A DNA stretch of 64,000 nt from Octopus sinensis (taxonomy: Eukaryota): positions 9,311 to 73,310 of the forward strand of contig NW_021833747.1 in assembly GCF_006345805.1 (NCBI RefSeq), given 5' to 3'. Under the pieces are notes generated by a model, which had not been told where the DNA came from, made no database searches, and was given only the letters and a program-made list of their open reading frames with translations. Positions 12,250-25,395 of this stretch are shown here, piece by piece. Every line of letters begins with the position of its first letter. Within the stretch, counting starts at the first letter, position 1. Both the position numbers and the translations under genes were made by a program.

Positions 12250-12900
12250 ATCTCAGCCGGTACCGGCAAATGGTTAATTCATCTGATCACTGGTTGCTCA
12301 GGTCCTGTGACATTTTAGTTTGGAAGAGCCTATTATTCCGTATCCCTCTAAAGTCGAGAGTGGTGTTCCTGAAAATAGACAGCCTTTTTAACTTTAGCCC
12401 ATGAATTTCTCGATGAAGTAGCGTACATGGTGATGGGAACGATCTTTGAATGTGTTTAGAGTTAGACCTGTATGATTCCATACCTTCTAGAAATGACATA
12501 GTTGATATCTGATTCTTTCATGGGGTGCGTTATTCTGAGTGAAGATGCTGACAGATTGTGACAAGTATACTTTGTCAGATGGATGAGGGGCAGAGTGAGA
12601 GTGTATAGGTAGAATCTGATGAGAGAATACCTTTTCAAGAATAATTAACGTTTCTTTTTGCTATGAAAGTTCAGAAGATTATGTTATTTGGGCTGAGTGG
12701 AAAGAGGTCAAATTTTATAGTTAGGTCATAACATTACTCCTATCATAAATCTTACAGTCAGCCACTAGAAAACTCACACAAATCAACCTCTTCTAAATTG
12801 TGAGACGGCTATCGTTGACAACAAAGCATGCTCAACACGTGAAAGAGTGTGCTTTTCAGTATGAGGATTGAAATGGTATGTCAAAAACTTCGTACTGAGG
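12250..12900 (-). mobile_element. Possible highly decayed LINE (EN-RT linker region)
   Basis: MSFLEGMESY...NTTLDFRGIRNN resembles Jockey/CR1-group linker text; many stops, no diagnostic motif. Confidence 0.25.
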
Positions 12901-13019
12901 CACCAGTGCAAATCTTTACCCAGGCTCAAGAGTCATACCAGGGCCTTATATTGCATCACCAATGACTCACTTCAATGATTCTTTTTAACAACGGCTTTGC
13001 GCGTATATGAGAAAGCAGC

Positions 13020-13435
13020 TACTATATATATATATATACAAACATATACATACATATACATACATATACATACATACATATATACATAATACAAACATAC
13101 ATATAAACATACATACATACACACCCACACCCAGACACACACACGCACACACACAGACATATATATATAAATGAAATGCCACTATTATGAGATAGGGAGT
13201 AAGTTGACACTTTCATTGCTGGATAGTTACACGTCTAGTTAAGTATCATGATAATTATAAAGCTATATATACATACATGCTTACATACATACATACATAC
13301 ATACATACACACATACATACACACACACACACATATCTATATGCATATACACATATACATCCATATATACATACAGATATATATATATTATATATACATA
13401 TATATACATACAGATATATATATATATACATATAG

Positions 13436-13500
<65 letters not shown>

Positions 13501-13677
13501 TACATATATATATACATATATATATTATTATATATACATATATATACATACATATATATATGTATATATACTCAGATATACATATATATATATGAACATA
13601 TAACATATATATATATACATATATATACGTATATACATACATATATATATGTATGCATATATATATATATATATATA

Positions 13678-13710
<33 letters not shown>

Positions 13711-13723
13711 CATATATACACAA

Positions 13724-13754
<31 letters not shown>

Positions 13755-14671
13755 CATATATATATATACACACACACTCACATATATATATCCAACTGAC
13801 AACGACGCTCACAATGATTGGACAGTTGAGAAATTAATTATACATTATTGCTTGCTCGGTGAATTATAGCTGTAACAGTTTTATTGCTAAAACCTCCAAC
13901 ACTCAAACACTCAATCTCTCATCATCCCTTTCACCTTTCTCAATCTCTTCCTCTTTCTCTCTTCGCCTTTCTCTTTTTCCCTCTCACTCCCTTTGCCTTT
14001 CTCTTTTCATTCTTACTCTCTCTTTTCCTCGATCTTTCCACTCTACACGCTCTTTATCCTATGCACGTTATCGGTAATATAGCGTTCTGATTTTTCCTAT
14101 TTATCGATTGCGCTTACATGCACACAAACACACACATACATACATACATACATACATACATACATACATACATACACATATATATATATATATACATATT
14201 TGCATACATACACACACATACATACACACGTTCATACATACATGTATACACACATACATACATACATGCATACATACATACACATATACATACATTTATA
14301 CATAAATACACACACATATATAGATATATCCATACATATACACATACATACACATACATACACATATACATGCATACATAAACAGGCACGCATACATTTA
14401 TACATGCATACACACATACATAATACACTCATTCATACATACACGCATACATACACACATACATACACTCATTCATACATACACACATACATACACACAC
14501 ATATATACAGACACACATACATACATGCAAACATACATACATACGTTCATACAACATACATACATATATATACAACATATATACATGCATATACGCATAC
14601 ATATATATACACACATACATACATGCATACATACATACATACACACATACATACATACATAAATATATACA

Positions 14672-14705
<34 letters not shown>

Positions 14706-14725
14706 CATACATACATACATACGTA
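13020..14725 (+). repeat. Compound (TA)/(CA)/(CATA) microsatellite fields
   Basis: Directly visible; explains the YI/HT/MYVC ORFs. Confidence 0.95.
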
Positions 14726-14750
14726 CATATTTCGTTATTTGTTTACCTAT

Positions 14751-14967
14751 AAGGCGGCGAGCTGGCAGAAACGTTAGCACACCTTGCGAAGTGCTTAGCG
14801 GCATTTCGTCTGTCTTCATGTTCTGAGTTCAAATTCCGCGCAGAGAGACTTTGCCTTTCATTCTTTCGGGGTCGATGAATTAAGTACCAGTTAGGTACTG
14901 AGGTCGACCTTATCGACTGGCCCCCTCCACAAAACTATCGCGCCCTGTGCCTAGAGTAGAAAAGAAC
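14751..14967 (+). mobile_element. SINE A (tail variant 2)
   Basis: aaggcggcgagctggcagaaacgttagc...ccctgtgcctagagtagaaaaga. Confidence 0.85.
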
Positions 14968-15534
14968 ATTGCGTTCTGATTTTTCCTATTCATCGATCGC
15001 GTTTACATACATACACACACACATACATACATACACACATACATAACTATATAAATGCATACATACATTCATACTTACATACACACATACACACATACAT
15101 ACATACATACACACATACATAACTATATAAATGCATACATACATTCATACTTACATACCCAAACTTCTTTTTGGGTAAGGTAGAATTATTTAATATTTAA
15201 TTCTTATGCTTTCCTAAAAACTTGATTTCGAAACGTGCGTCCGTAGATAACTTAAAATTGTATGATAGATTGCCGTCAATTCATTCTCTCTTACCTGTTT
15301 GTGTCTGCCTTCCAATTGCTGTTTTTACTGAGATCTCCCTTTTTAGTAGAAGAAATAGCTATAACTCTTTGACTGCTATTTCTAAATTCGGTATGTGGTA
15401 AGGCAATTCGTTGCTAAACCCTTTATTGCTTAGTATATATATATTTATATATATATATATATATATATTTCATATATTATATGTATATAGAAATATGTAA
15501 ACTGGTTTTATTAACTGAATTGCCTTAAAGATAT

Positions 15535-15660
15535 GACGATTTGTGCCCTCGTACTGCGGATTTCCGCTCGTATTTCAAGACAAAAATTCTCAGAAGTGTC
15601 GGCTTGTACAGCAAATTACTCGTACAATGAGGCACTCGTACTACGAGGTGCTATTGTGTA
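15535..15660. mobile_element. Tigger/pogo-type DNA transposon terminus; second copy at 60915-61041
   Basis: Both end ctcgtactacgagg(t/tg)c(t)a(c/t)tgTA, the reverse complement of a TA-CAGTAGAACCTCG-type TIR. Confidence 0.6.
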
Positions 15661-16329
15661 TATATCACCCCCCCCCACACACACATATTTATATACATAC
15701 TGACATTCCTCTAACATGAAGAAGACATCTCCAACTCTTCTAGATCTCACCTTCATTCAAGAGTCTATTCAACATTCATTTTGCAAAATGTGTCTGGTAT
15801 ATATAATTTGGGATCAATAGGAAATGTAAAAACAAATAATAAACCTAGGTAATAAAATATCTTTAGATGTTATAATAGCGCAAATTATAGTTACATTAAA
15901 GGTTTTTAAGACAACTTGTTCCTTAGGCACAAAATAAAATATATTATCTTGGGAATAGATGAACAAGCGATAAAGTAATTAAAATTTTGAAAATTTCAGC
16001 AATTAAAATCTTACAATTAAATTAATAACGTTGTGAAAATTGACGTACAATAAAGATGTTGATGGAGAGCAAATATAATATCATTCAACCACGGCAGTGG
16101 TTGAATATATGCTTAAGGCCACCATTTCGTTAATGGCATCAGCTTCCAAGCTTCACCACTAGATTGGAAACTGTTAATAGTTTTCAAGAGGACACTCCCT
16201 CAGCTACACTTTGGCATAAATAGTCTGAGATTTGGTTCAGTAGGAAAAAAAAATTACATCAAAATATTTGTGACCCCTAAGGGGAGCAGTAACGTATTCA
16301 TCTTCAATTAACACAATTTTTTAATGTTA

Positions 16330-16465
16330 TTTACATTATTGACATTCGACGGATATTTGTCCTCATCTTGTTTGTTGTTAACACAACGTTTCGGCTGATA
16401 TACCCTCCAGCCTTCTTCAGGTGTCTTGGGGAAATTTCGAACATGGGCTGTCATTCCTAAGGTAT
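16330..16465 (-). mobile_element. Penelope-type terminal repeat fragment
   Basis: Contains hammerhead motif; homologous to 22082-22190. Confidence 0.6.
16380..16425 (-). ncRNA. Minimal type I hammerhead ribozyme
   Basis: Minus strand gacac-CTGAAGA-a-ggctg(gagggtatat)cagcc-GAAA-CG-TT-gtgtt; palindromic stem III ACGT, GUU triplet, extra A after A9. Confidence 0.75.
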
Positions 16466-16498
16466 TATCTTATAACAGCAATGCCTGGAAAAATCATG

Positions 16499-17020
16499 GA
16501 TTACATGGAAAATGCGAGCAGGAAATGTCATATTCTTAAGATTATAAACCTGGAAAAGTACAGGACAAGTTATTACACCTTTAAAAGTATAGGACAAGCT
16601 ATTACTTCTAGTAAAGAAAAGAATTAGAAACGTTTTGCTTACAATATTGCAGCTTAAATTAAAATCTCAATATTAAACATTATTTTATTATAGTTTACAA
16701 ATAACACTTTACTTATTTAAGTAGAATTTGGCTGATTTACTTCTTTAAATACAGAAAAAAAGTGACTAATTAGACAAACTTACAAATTAGCTGAACAGTT
16801 TTGTACAATAAATTTAAAAGATGAGAAATGTAAAGAGTGATAAATTAGAAGAACTGGCATTCTTTGCTGCAATATTTCAAGTGAAAAGTTTTTTATTCTT
16901 TACTTTACAAGAAGTAATAGCTTGTCCTATACTTTTACAGGTGTAATAACTCGTCCTGTACTTTTCCTGCTTTATAACCTTAGGAATATTACTTTTCATG
17001 CTCGCATTTTTCTATGTAAT
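16499..17020. mobile_element. Foldback/MITE-like element with ~155-bp inverted arms
   Basis: 16499-16653 is the reverse complement of 16866-17020; internal aaaagta(c/t)aggacaag repeats. Confidence 0.7.
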
Positions 17021-17144
17021 ACATACTAGAACAGCAAATATGAGGAACAACTCAGTTCATATTTATTTGAATGAAAAAAAATCGTCCTCTAAAATGACAA
17101 CATAAGTCTAGAGTACATGTCATTTTCAATATCACTTGAGAATT

Positions 17145-17500
17145 AAGGCGGCGATCTGGGCAGAATCCAGGATTAAAATGCTTAGCGGCATTTCGTCCGT
17201 TGCGAGTATCTGTGGTCAAATTCCGCTGAGGTCGACTTTGCCTTTCATCCTTTTGGAGTCGATAAAATAAGTACCAATTGAACACTGCGGTCGATCTAAT
17301 CGACTCACACCCATCCCCTAAAATTGTTGGCCATTTGAAATACAGGGACAATTCGATTTTGCCAGCTGAGTGGACTGGAGACACATGAAGTAAAGTGCTT
17401 TGCTCAAGTGCTCAAGGGCAGAAACACGTCGCCAGGAATTGAACTCACGACTTCACGATCGTGAGCCGAATACCTTAACCACTAAACCATGCGCCTTCAC
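17145..17500. mobile_element. SINE A (plus, 17145-17335) abutting SINE D (minus, 17335-17500)
   Basis: Family A body; then gccagctgagtggactggag...gctcaag...aaccactaaaccatgcgcc. Confidence 0.7.
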
Positions 17501-17518
17501 ACAAACACATACACACAC

Positions 17519-17607
<89 letters not shown>

Positions 17608-18179
17608 CACACATACACACATATATATATATATACATATATATATATGTATGTATTTATGTATGTATCTTTAAATAAATGTGGGTGATGTTTCTCTGTC
17701 CATTGTGTCTTTATGTTCGTTAACTCCTCCTAGACCGTTGGTGCAAGTAAAACAAAACACAAACCACCAACTCCCTTAATCCCAGGGAATGTCCTAAGGG
17801 TGTCTATTTTTCTCGAGATCCGCCTAAGTAGGACCCCACAAACCCCTCTATTTTTACTGCATTTTAAACTAAATACATGATATTGGAGACCAAATCGGAG
17901 CGATGACAATGAATTTCATATCATGAACTCCCTGGGAGTTTCGCAAGACACTAAAGAGCCGCTTAAATGGGACCCCCACTGACCCCTTATTTTAACTGCA
18001 TTTACCTCGCTTCTCAGCTTATTGATTAAACTATGATCAGCATCAGTGCTTAGCATATTTGCAGAAATAAGTTTGGGCATTCTAAATACCTTCACGGACT
18101 TTCAAATCGAGATAAAGAGTTATAACAGGTACGTTTCAAGTGTGGTAGTATGGATATTTATATTTTGTAGTTTATGAAA

Positions 18180-18265
18180 CCTATGTCTGTGATGATCTGG
18201 GGGGATATATCTTGGAAATCTGCCGGCACAATGTCTTCCTTCGTTGCAGAATTAAAAATCTTTCT
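18180..18265 (+). mobile_element. Tc1 transposase fragment related to 19201-20461
   Basis: SVMIWGDISWKSAG matches SVMIWAGAISWKSAG of the neighbouring element. Confidence 0.6.
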
Positions 18266-18657
18266 GTTCCGGTTACAGTATCCCACTAAAGATTTGTAAT
18301 AGAATTTAGAATGAGATTGAAATGAAATGTATTCTATTCATTTTATCTCAATCTCATTATTTAATTTGTTTTCGGAAATGGTGAAGTGATGGAAAAATTA
18401 TGATAGCTATCATAGTCATACATTTCACTTGCTTTGCACGAATGGAGGTTGAAGTCTAAGAATATGAAGTTAATTGATTACTGCAGTGAGTTTCGAAGCA
18501 CATATAACTCCGTGAAAGTGTCGCAAATTTTCATCGTCAGGATAAAATGAAAAAAAGAAGAGGAACATGAAAAAGAGATCCCTGAAGACCTCGAAGGTGC
18601 TCTCCGCAGAAGCAGGAGCCATCCAGAATGCTGCCTCGAATAGCGACTTCAAGGCTA

Positions 18658-18690
<33 letters not shown>

Positions 18691-18855
18691 AACACATTTA
18701 TATATACATATATTATATACATAATATGCATATAACTTAGATAACTTAGATATGTTTCGACCAAAGATTGGTTCAGGCCATGTCTAACTTATAGCATTAC
18801 CTGATAGGATTATTTGAATCCTGTTTATATATATATACTTATCTATTTTATATCC

Positions 18856-18905
<50 letters not shown>

Positions 18906-18908
18906 GTT

Positions 18909-18956
<48 letters not shown>

Positions 18957-19150
18957 GTATTTATATATATATATTAATATATATATTTTATATAATATTG
19001 TATATATTATATATATATATAATGTAATTATATATTGTATATATTATATATATATGTATATATATATTGTATATATTATATATATATATGTATATATATA
19101 CATATATATATATATTATATATATATATATTATACACACACACACCACAC

Positions 19151-19200
<50 letters not shown>

Positions 19201-19202
<2 letters not shown>

Positions 19203-20461
19203 GGGGTTGGACAAAATAATGGAAACACCTTAAAATTTCAAACAAGTTTATTTTAATTTAAGGTAGGACCGTCTTTAGCAGTAATTACAGCTTGAATTCT
19301 ACGAGAGATGGAGAGGTACAAAGTTTGAATTGTTATCAAAGGAATTTTTGTCCATTCTTCAGCTAAAACAATCTCCAGTTCTTGTAGTGATGATGGTGGA
19401 GGATATCGACTCCTTACTTTGTTTTCTAAAATGCACCATAAATGTTCAATAATAATGAGATCTGTGGACTGTGGTGGCCAGATAAGATGTTCCTTGTGCC
19501 ATTCAGTAACAACTTTAGCTGTGTGAATTGGTGCATTATCATCTTGAAAGATTTCGTTCCTCTCCGGAAACAGTTCCGCAACCATAGGATGAATTTGATC
19601 AGATAAAATGCTTAAATAGTCTTGACTATTAATACTACCATGAAGGGAAACCCTTGGACCGGCGGATTTCCAAGATATAGCCCCCGCCCAGATCATCACA
19701 GAATCCTCCTCCACGTTTAACAGTTGGAGGAAGGCAGTCTGGGTCAGATGCATCTTTTAGCAGTTGTCCATACGTATACTCAGCTGCTGGTTGGAAATAA
19801 GGTAAAGTTTAACTCGTCCAAGAAGATAACATTCTTCTATTGCTCTAAGGACCAATTCTGTAGGTTTTTACTCAACTCTAAACGCTTTGCAACGCTTGTT
19901 TTTGAAAGTAGTGGTTTTCTGATTGCAGCCCTCCAGTGAAATCCGGCTTTGTGCAGCTCCCGGCGAACAGTTTTTGTGGAAACTGGGTTCCTGAGGTGGT
20001 CATTAAGCACTGCAGTAGTTTTGGGAGCTGTACTTTTGTGATCCTTTCTAACAATTCGTATAAGAGTCCGACGGTCCCTATCTGAAAGTTTTGGTTTTCT
20101 TCCGGAGTTTTGCTTCGACGAGAAGGCTCTTCTCTCTTTCTGAAAGGCTGTCATTACTTTCGAGACACTGCTTCTTGATATACCAAACATTTTGGCTGTT
20201 TTCGTTACGCTAGCGCCTGCCATACGAGCACCAACAATTTGACCAATTTTAAAGTTCGATAGATTTGTCATTTTAATGAATTTTAACTACCTTTTTCTGA
20301 TGATATCTGAAAAGAAAGAGCAATGTTAGCAAACCATATTAAGCAACACTAATTATAAATTTAAGAAAATATAAAAAAAACAAGCTTTTGATGGTTTTAT
20401 AAATATTTCAAAATTATGATGCTATGATACTAGGTGTTTCCATTATTTTGTCCACCTCCTG
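19201..20461 (-). mobile_element. Tc1/mariner DNA transposon with 30-bp TIRs and TA flanks
   Basis: taggggttggacaaaataatggaaacacct (19201-19230) vs aggtgtttccattattttgtccacctcctg (20432-20461); TA on both sides. Confidence 0.95.
19253..20271 (-). pseudogene. Tc1 DDE transposase, inactivated
   Basis: Paired-like HTH N-terminus, GRKPKLS, FLDE, VMIWAG, FQDDNAPIH, WPPQSTDLIIIEHLW; stop at 19837, further stops/frameshift, second D-to-E spacing only 30 aa. Confidence 0.9.
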
Positions 20462-21424
20462 TATATACATATATACCATGCAGTTAAATAGTCACTGGAG
20501 TTATCATTGACTCAAGGGAAGGCTTAGTAGCATCGATACATAAAAAAGTTGAGGGGCTGCGATAGAAATTCTGACTTGCATAATTTAATATGAATTTCAA
20601 GGGCATCTATGAGACTTTCATATAAAAGGAAAAAAGATATTGGTTCGTAACAGAAATTAATACATGTCAAAACTATTATCAGTATTAATTAACCTACATT
20701 TGTCCGCTAGTCTGCCTTATACTATTCATAAGTGGATCGTTCTTCATCGAAGTATTGAAATTCTCAAATCAGAAAACTTTTCTGACAGGATAATACCACG
20801 TGACTTATTTTGTACATGATTTCCACAAAGGCGGCGGTAATGTTATGTAGGAGCATGAAGAGCCCTGCAGAGCAGAGGAATGTGTGAGATAAGAACCAGA
20901 GACAAATATCAAGCATTCTTTGTTTGGTACTATATCCGAAAATTCTTAACAGAATAAAACACCATACAGAAAGTCAGTCGGAATTTAAATCACAACTTGC
21001 TGAAGCTTCGTCTCTATAGTTACTAGAAAACCTATCAGGTGGTACATCACGAGTGGGTTGCTTGTGTTTAACGAATGTGTATGTGTATGCGTGTATGTAA
21101 CAAAGTAACAGAATAGTTTGTTGAAAGAGATGACAAGAGTAGATACGAGAAACACAGGGAAGCATATTCAAGCCGGTGTATTTCAGTTAAATGAATTACT
21201 AAATAATTACTGCAAAGATGCAATAAATTTCTGGTTGTATTGTATTTCAGTATAGTACGGATTGCAGCGTTTAGAGGGAAAGTATGAAAATAAAATCAGT
21301 CACAAGATGTTCTGCACATGAGATAGAAGTGGCATAAAATTTATAGCTTGTTCATTGATATCGTCTGCTTAGGATATTATAATTATGTTAGCATGAATGG
21401 CAATATAGCACAGGCCGTGATACG

Positions 21425-21960
21425 GAGAGGGATCGTGGCCTAGTTGTTACGGTATTACACTCAAGGCGACGAGGTGGCAGAAACGTTAGCACGCCGGGCG
21501 AAATGCTTAGCAGTATTTCGTCTGCCGCTACGTTCTGCGTTCAAATTCCGGGGTCGATTAAATAAGTACCAGTTACGCACTGAGGTCGATCTAATCGATT
21601 TAATCCATTTGTCTGTCCTTGTTTGTCTTCTCTGTGTTTAGCCTCTTGTGGGTAGTAAAGAAATAGGTATTTCGTCTGCCACTACGTTCTGAGTTCAAAT
21701 TCCGCCGAGATCGACTTTGCCTTTCATCCTTTCGGAGTTGATTAAATAAGTACCAGTTACGCACTGGGGTCAATATAATCGACTTAATCGGTTTGTCTGT
21801 CCTTGTTTGTCCTCTCTGTGTTTAGCCCCTTGTGGGTAGCAAAGAAATAGGTATTACACTCTCGCTCATATGGTTGTGGTTTCGATTCCCGGGCAGTGAG
21901 TTGTATACTCTCTTTTTTATGTTAACACTTCATTTCAACTCAGTTATAAATGAGTAATCA
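21425..21960 (+). mobile_element. Old SINE D interrupted in its tRNA head by a SINE A dimer (21463-21849) with 12-bp TSD
   Basis: TSD ggtattacactc at 21451-21462 and 21850-21861; D head resumes ggtttcgattccggg. Confidence 0.75.
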
Positions 21961-22081
21961 TACGATGGATTGACTAGGTTTCCGGTCCGAAAGAACGTGG
22001 TGACCTCGGTCACATATATGGATAACCGTCACTATAAAGTCTTGGACTCGAGACTGGGAGTAACGACGCTGATGTGATACA

Positions 22082-22294
22082 GAGGAGTATTATGCTCATT
22101 ATTTACAATGGACGGATAGGTGTCCTCACCTTGTTTGTTGTTACCACAACGTTTCGGCTGATGTTCTCTCCAGCCTTCATCAGGTGTTCTGGTGGGGATG
22201 AAGGCTGAAGAGTACATCAGCCGAAATGAAGTGATAACAGCAAATAAGCTGAGGACTCCTATCCGTCCATTGTAAATAATGTAGATAATTCCTC
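22082..22294. repeat. Inverted pair of Penelope-type termini, each with a hammerhead motif
   Basis: Arms cattatttacaatggacggatagg.gtcctca.ctt.tttg.tgtta; intact core on minus at 22143-22188, damaged core on plus at ~22196-22240. Confidence 0.75.
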
Positions 22295-23184
22295 ACCTAA
22301 AATATATAGAATAGAGTATTATGCTATCAAGGGTGTTCTGAGATTGCCTCTATTAAAATACAAGCAACGAAAACAATAAAGGCACCATTATAAATAACAT
22401 AGTGTCTTGCTTCAAAAATCAGTACCAGTTACGCACTGGGGTCAATATAATTGACTTAATCCGTTTGTCTGTCCTTGTTTGTCCTCCCTGTGTTTAGCCC
22501 CTTGTGGGTAATAAAGAAATAGGTATTACACTCACGTTCATATGGTTGTGGCTTCGATTCCCGGGTAGTGAGTCGTATACTGTACTACATGGACTACAAT
22601 TTTATTGGTTGTGGGTAAGGGAAGAAATAAGACAAAGTAAAATTGCTACAAGAAATTTCATTAGAAATTCAAATGGAAATTCTATTGAAATTGGTTGTGT
22701 ACAATTGAACAGAAATCTAGTGAAAACGATAAGCCAAAGAATAGTTCCAGTGTCTGGATATGTGATGAATGCAAGTATATATTCAACAAAACAGGACAAG
22801 ATGTGCTTCATAGAATCATTAATAGAATCCCATGAGGGAACATCCAGGTACGCAGATAAACAAATGTTGAAAAGCAATTCCTGACAAGGAAAATGGAACG
22901 AGTTGTGTGAAGTCTCTGTAAGGAATCAAGTTTTCTTATTTATTCCTGGCACATCATACACTCTTATCACTAGTTGGAACGGTATTCTATATACAAAGTG
23001 TAGAATCTTATATAAAGGAATCGATAAATACTGCACGGAACAGTTAACTATGGCTGTCAGTCGTAATCGCAGGTTACAAGGTATCAGCATGTACTATGCC
23101 AATGGTTCGAAAACTTTTCACTTTCAAAGACCCCTTTTTAATTAAATGAATTTTCCCCCACGGATCCCTTTTATTGTCCTTATC

Positions 23185-23600
23185 CGTATTCTTTTATTAT
23201 TTTACTTGCTTCCGTCATTTTGACTGTAGCCATACTGGAGCACTGCTATTTATTAGTCGAAGAAATCGACCCCTGGACTTATTGCATGTACGCCTGGTAT
23301 TTATTCTATCGGTCTCTTTGGCCGAACCGCTATATCACAGGGACATAAACACACCAGCATCGGCCGTCAAGCAATGGTGCAGGGACAAACTCAAACAGAA
23401 GCGCACAAATACACACAGACACACACACACACACATATATAAGACAGGCTTCTTTTAGTTTCCGTCTACCAAATCCATTCACAAAGCTTTATTCGGCCCG
23501 AGGTTATAGTAGAAGGCACTTGCCCAAGGTGCCAGGTCCAAAGTAGAACAATCTGGAACCATGTGGTTGGGAAGCAAGCTTTTTAACACACAGCCACGTA
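23185..23600 (-). mobile_element. SINE family B
   Basis: Reverse complement of B body. Confidence 0.8.
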
Positions 23601-23630
23601 TGTATATATATATATGTGTGTATATATTTA

Positions 23631-24468
23631 TATGGGTTAGCGGAAATATTCGTCGATACATTCAAGAGAGCCTTAAGGAAGACCAGATGGGAAATCTTTG
23701 AAGATACAAATATGACAAAGTTTTTTCAGGTGTATAGAATAACACCGAATGCAAATGCAGAGTCGGGTAGGCCACCCGCAAATTTGATGTTTTCCAGAAA
23801 AATTCGTTCTATTTTTGACAAATGGTTGCCGAGCAGGAAACAGAAAATAGAAACTTCCGGAAGAAATACGAAATTTTTTAACATAGGTGACAAAGTGTAT
23901 TTTAAAATATATAGTAACGGAAAACAGGACTGGGAACAAGCAAGTATAACTGGACGTCTGTGTAACGTGGTGTACATGGTAAAAGGACCAAAATATGAAC
24001 ACAGAAGGGATTTAAACCAATAAAAATGAGAAAGATATACCAAAAACCAAGAGAGGCGAGAAGAACCAATGGATTTATGGCATGATTTGTTCCAGGTCCC
24101 AGAACCACAAGCAAAAGCAGAACCGACACGTGGGTCGAACAGGAAGAGAAAACCTACAGAAATGATGGAAATTAACGCTAAGAGAAGATATGCCAGTTTC
24201 TCACCGAAGAAATAAAATTGATAAATTTGGATTTAAAAAACTCAAAAGGGGGAGGTGTTGTGTGGACGTTCCTAGACGATGAAGTAGGCAAGCCTAATAC
24301 GTGGATATAGAAGGAGAAGCCTAGACGTAGGGCAGCAGTCGGAAGAGTAGAGTAGAGTAGTGTTGAGTAGAAGGCATCCGAACGTGCGACATAACAAGTC
24401 GCAAGAAGACTTACGACTTACGACATTTTTGCTTAATAGCAACGACAGACCTAGTTGGAGGCTCAACA
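23631..24468 (+). mobile_element. Ty3/Gypsy remnant: integrase C-terminus, PPT and 3' LTR
   Basis: GLAEIFVDTFKRAL...YRITPN...PANLMFSRKIRSIFD...GDKVYFK...HRRDLNQ; PPT aaaagggggagg 24244-24255; LTR starts TGTTG at 24256, probable end CAACA at 24468. Confidence 0.8.
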
Positions 24469-25395
24469 TTCCGCTTTCTTTTACAGTGTTCAGAAAAATG
24501 CGACTGCTGCAGTTGTATGAATCTGAGGGTGGAATATGTTGCATAAAATCATAATTAACCGATCCTCCTTCAACAGCAGGGCAAACTGGAGCAACGGGAA
24601 AATTGTGTTGTTTAAGAACACAGCACACCCTAACCACAAGGCTACACGCCTTCCCTCCCCGGAAATGATACTGTTGCATTAAAAGAGAAGCAGAAGATGC
24701 ATTTGTTAATGTCGAAGGGATAATAAGTGATCGAGAAATCAGGAGAATGAATTCAATATGAAATGACATTTTAAAAAATCAAAACATAATTTTTTACAAT
24801 TCCAGAGCTAAAACGAAATTTACTCTGCAGATTAAATTATGTAAAAGTTATAGTTTTAAAAAATTATTGGTAAATTAAGTTGTTACTTAAATTTTTTTTA
24901 AAAACTTGTTTCTGTGTGAGGCATGCAAGAAAATAATTTACGGTGAAAGTGATATCGAATTTGTGCAACTCGTATAAAGACATGGTATTTAATTCATTAT
25001 TTGCGTTTTTTTAAAAATCATTTTCAGAAACAAAATATTTGTGGAGAATGATTATAATAAAAGGCATAACAATGCGTTCATCATTTCTACAGTAGCTTTA
25101 GAAATGCAAAGCCATGTTGTAGCATTGTTTTTATAAAACAGTTATGAGATAGAAGGAAATTTCTGTAGAATACAGAAAACGCCACTGAATTGAGAATTTG
25201 AAAAGCCCCACGCAAAATTTTGAATGCATTAGCCAGTGACCTGATTTATGTTCAAGGGATACTATCAGAAGCCAAAAGTCTGCTTTGACATTGTATTTCA
25301 GTGTCCAGGATCGAGATCAATCTATTAAGGGCTTAGTTAGAAATATAGACTTACAAAAGCATTGAAGACCAAAATTCTCGACAGAGTGAATGATA

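Noticed and set aside
12972-14826. Many 60-200 aa ORFs (YIYI, HTHT, MYVC, LSIY, poly-I/N/T), here and throughout the window
   Set aside because: Translations of microsatellites; no coding signal.
18576-18610. CTGAAGA followed by a small stem
   Set aside because: No GAAA or stem III/I; not a hammerhead.
18735-18795. Minus-strand CTGA-stem-CGAAAC motif
   Set aside because: Core lacks NGA and there is no NUH triplet in register; at best a dead remnant.
20760-21250. Complex unique-looking region with GGGNVM peptide
   Set aside because: Stops in all frames; possibly an old Tc1 trace but not supportable.
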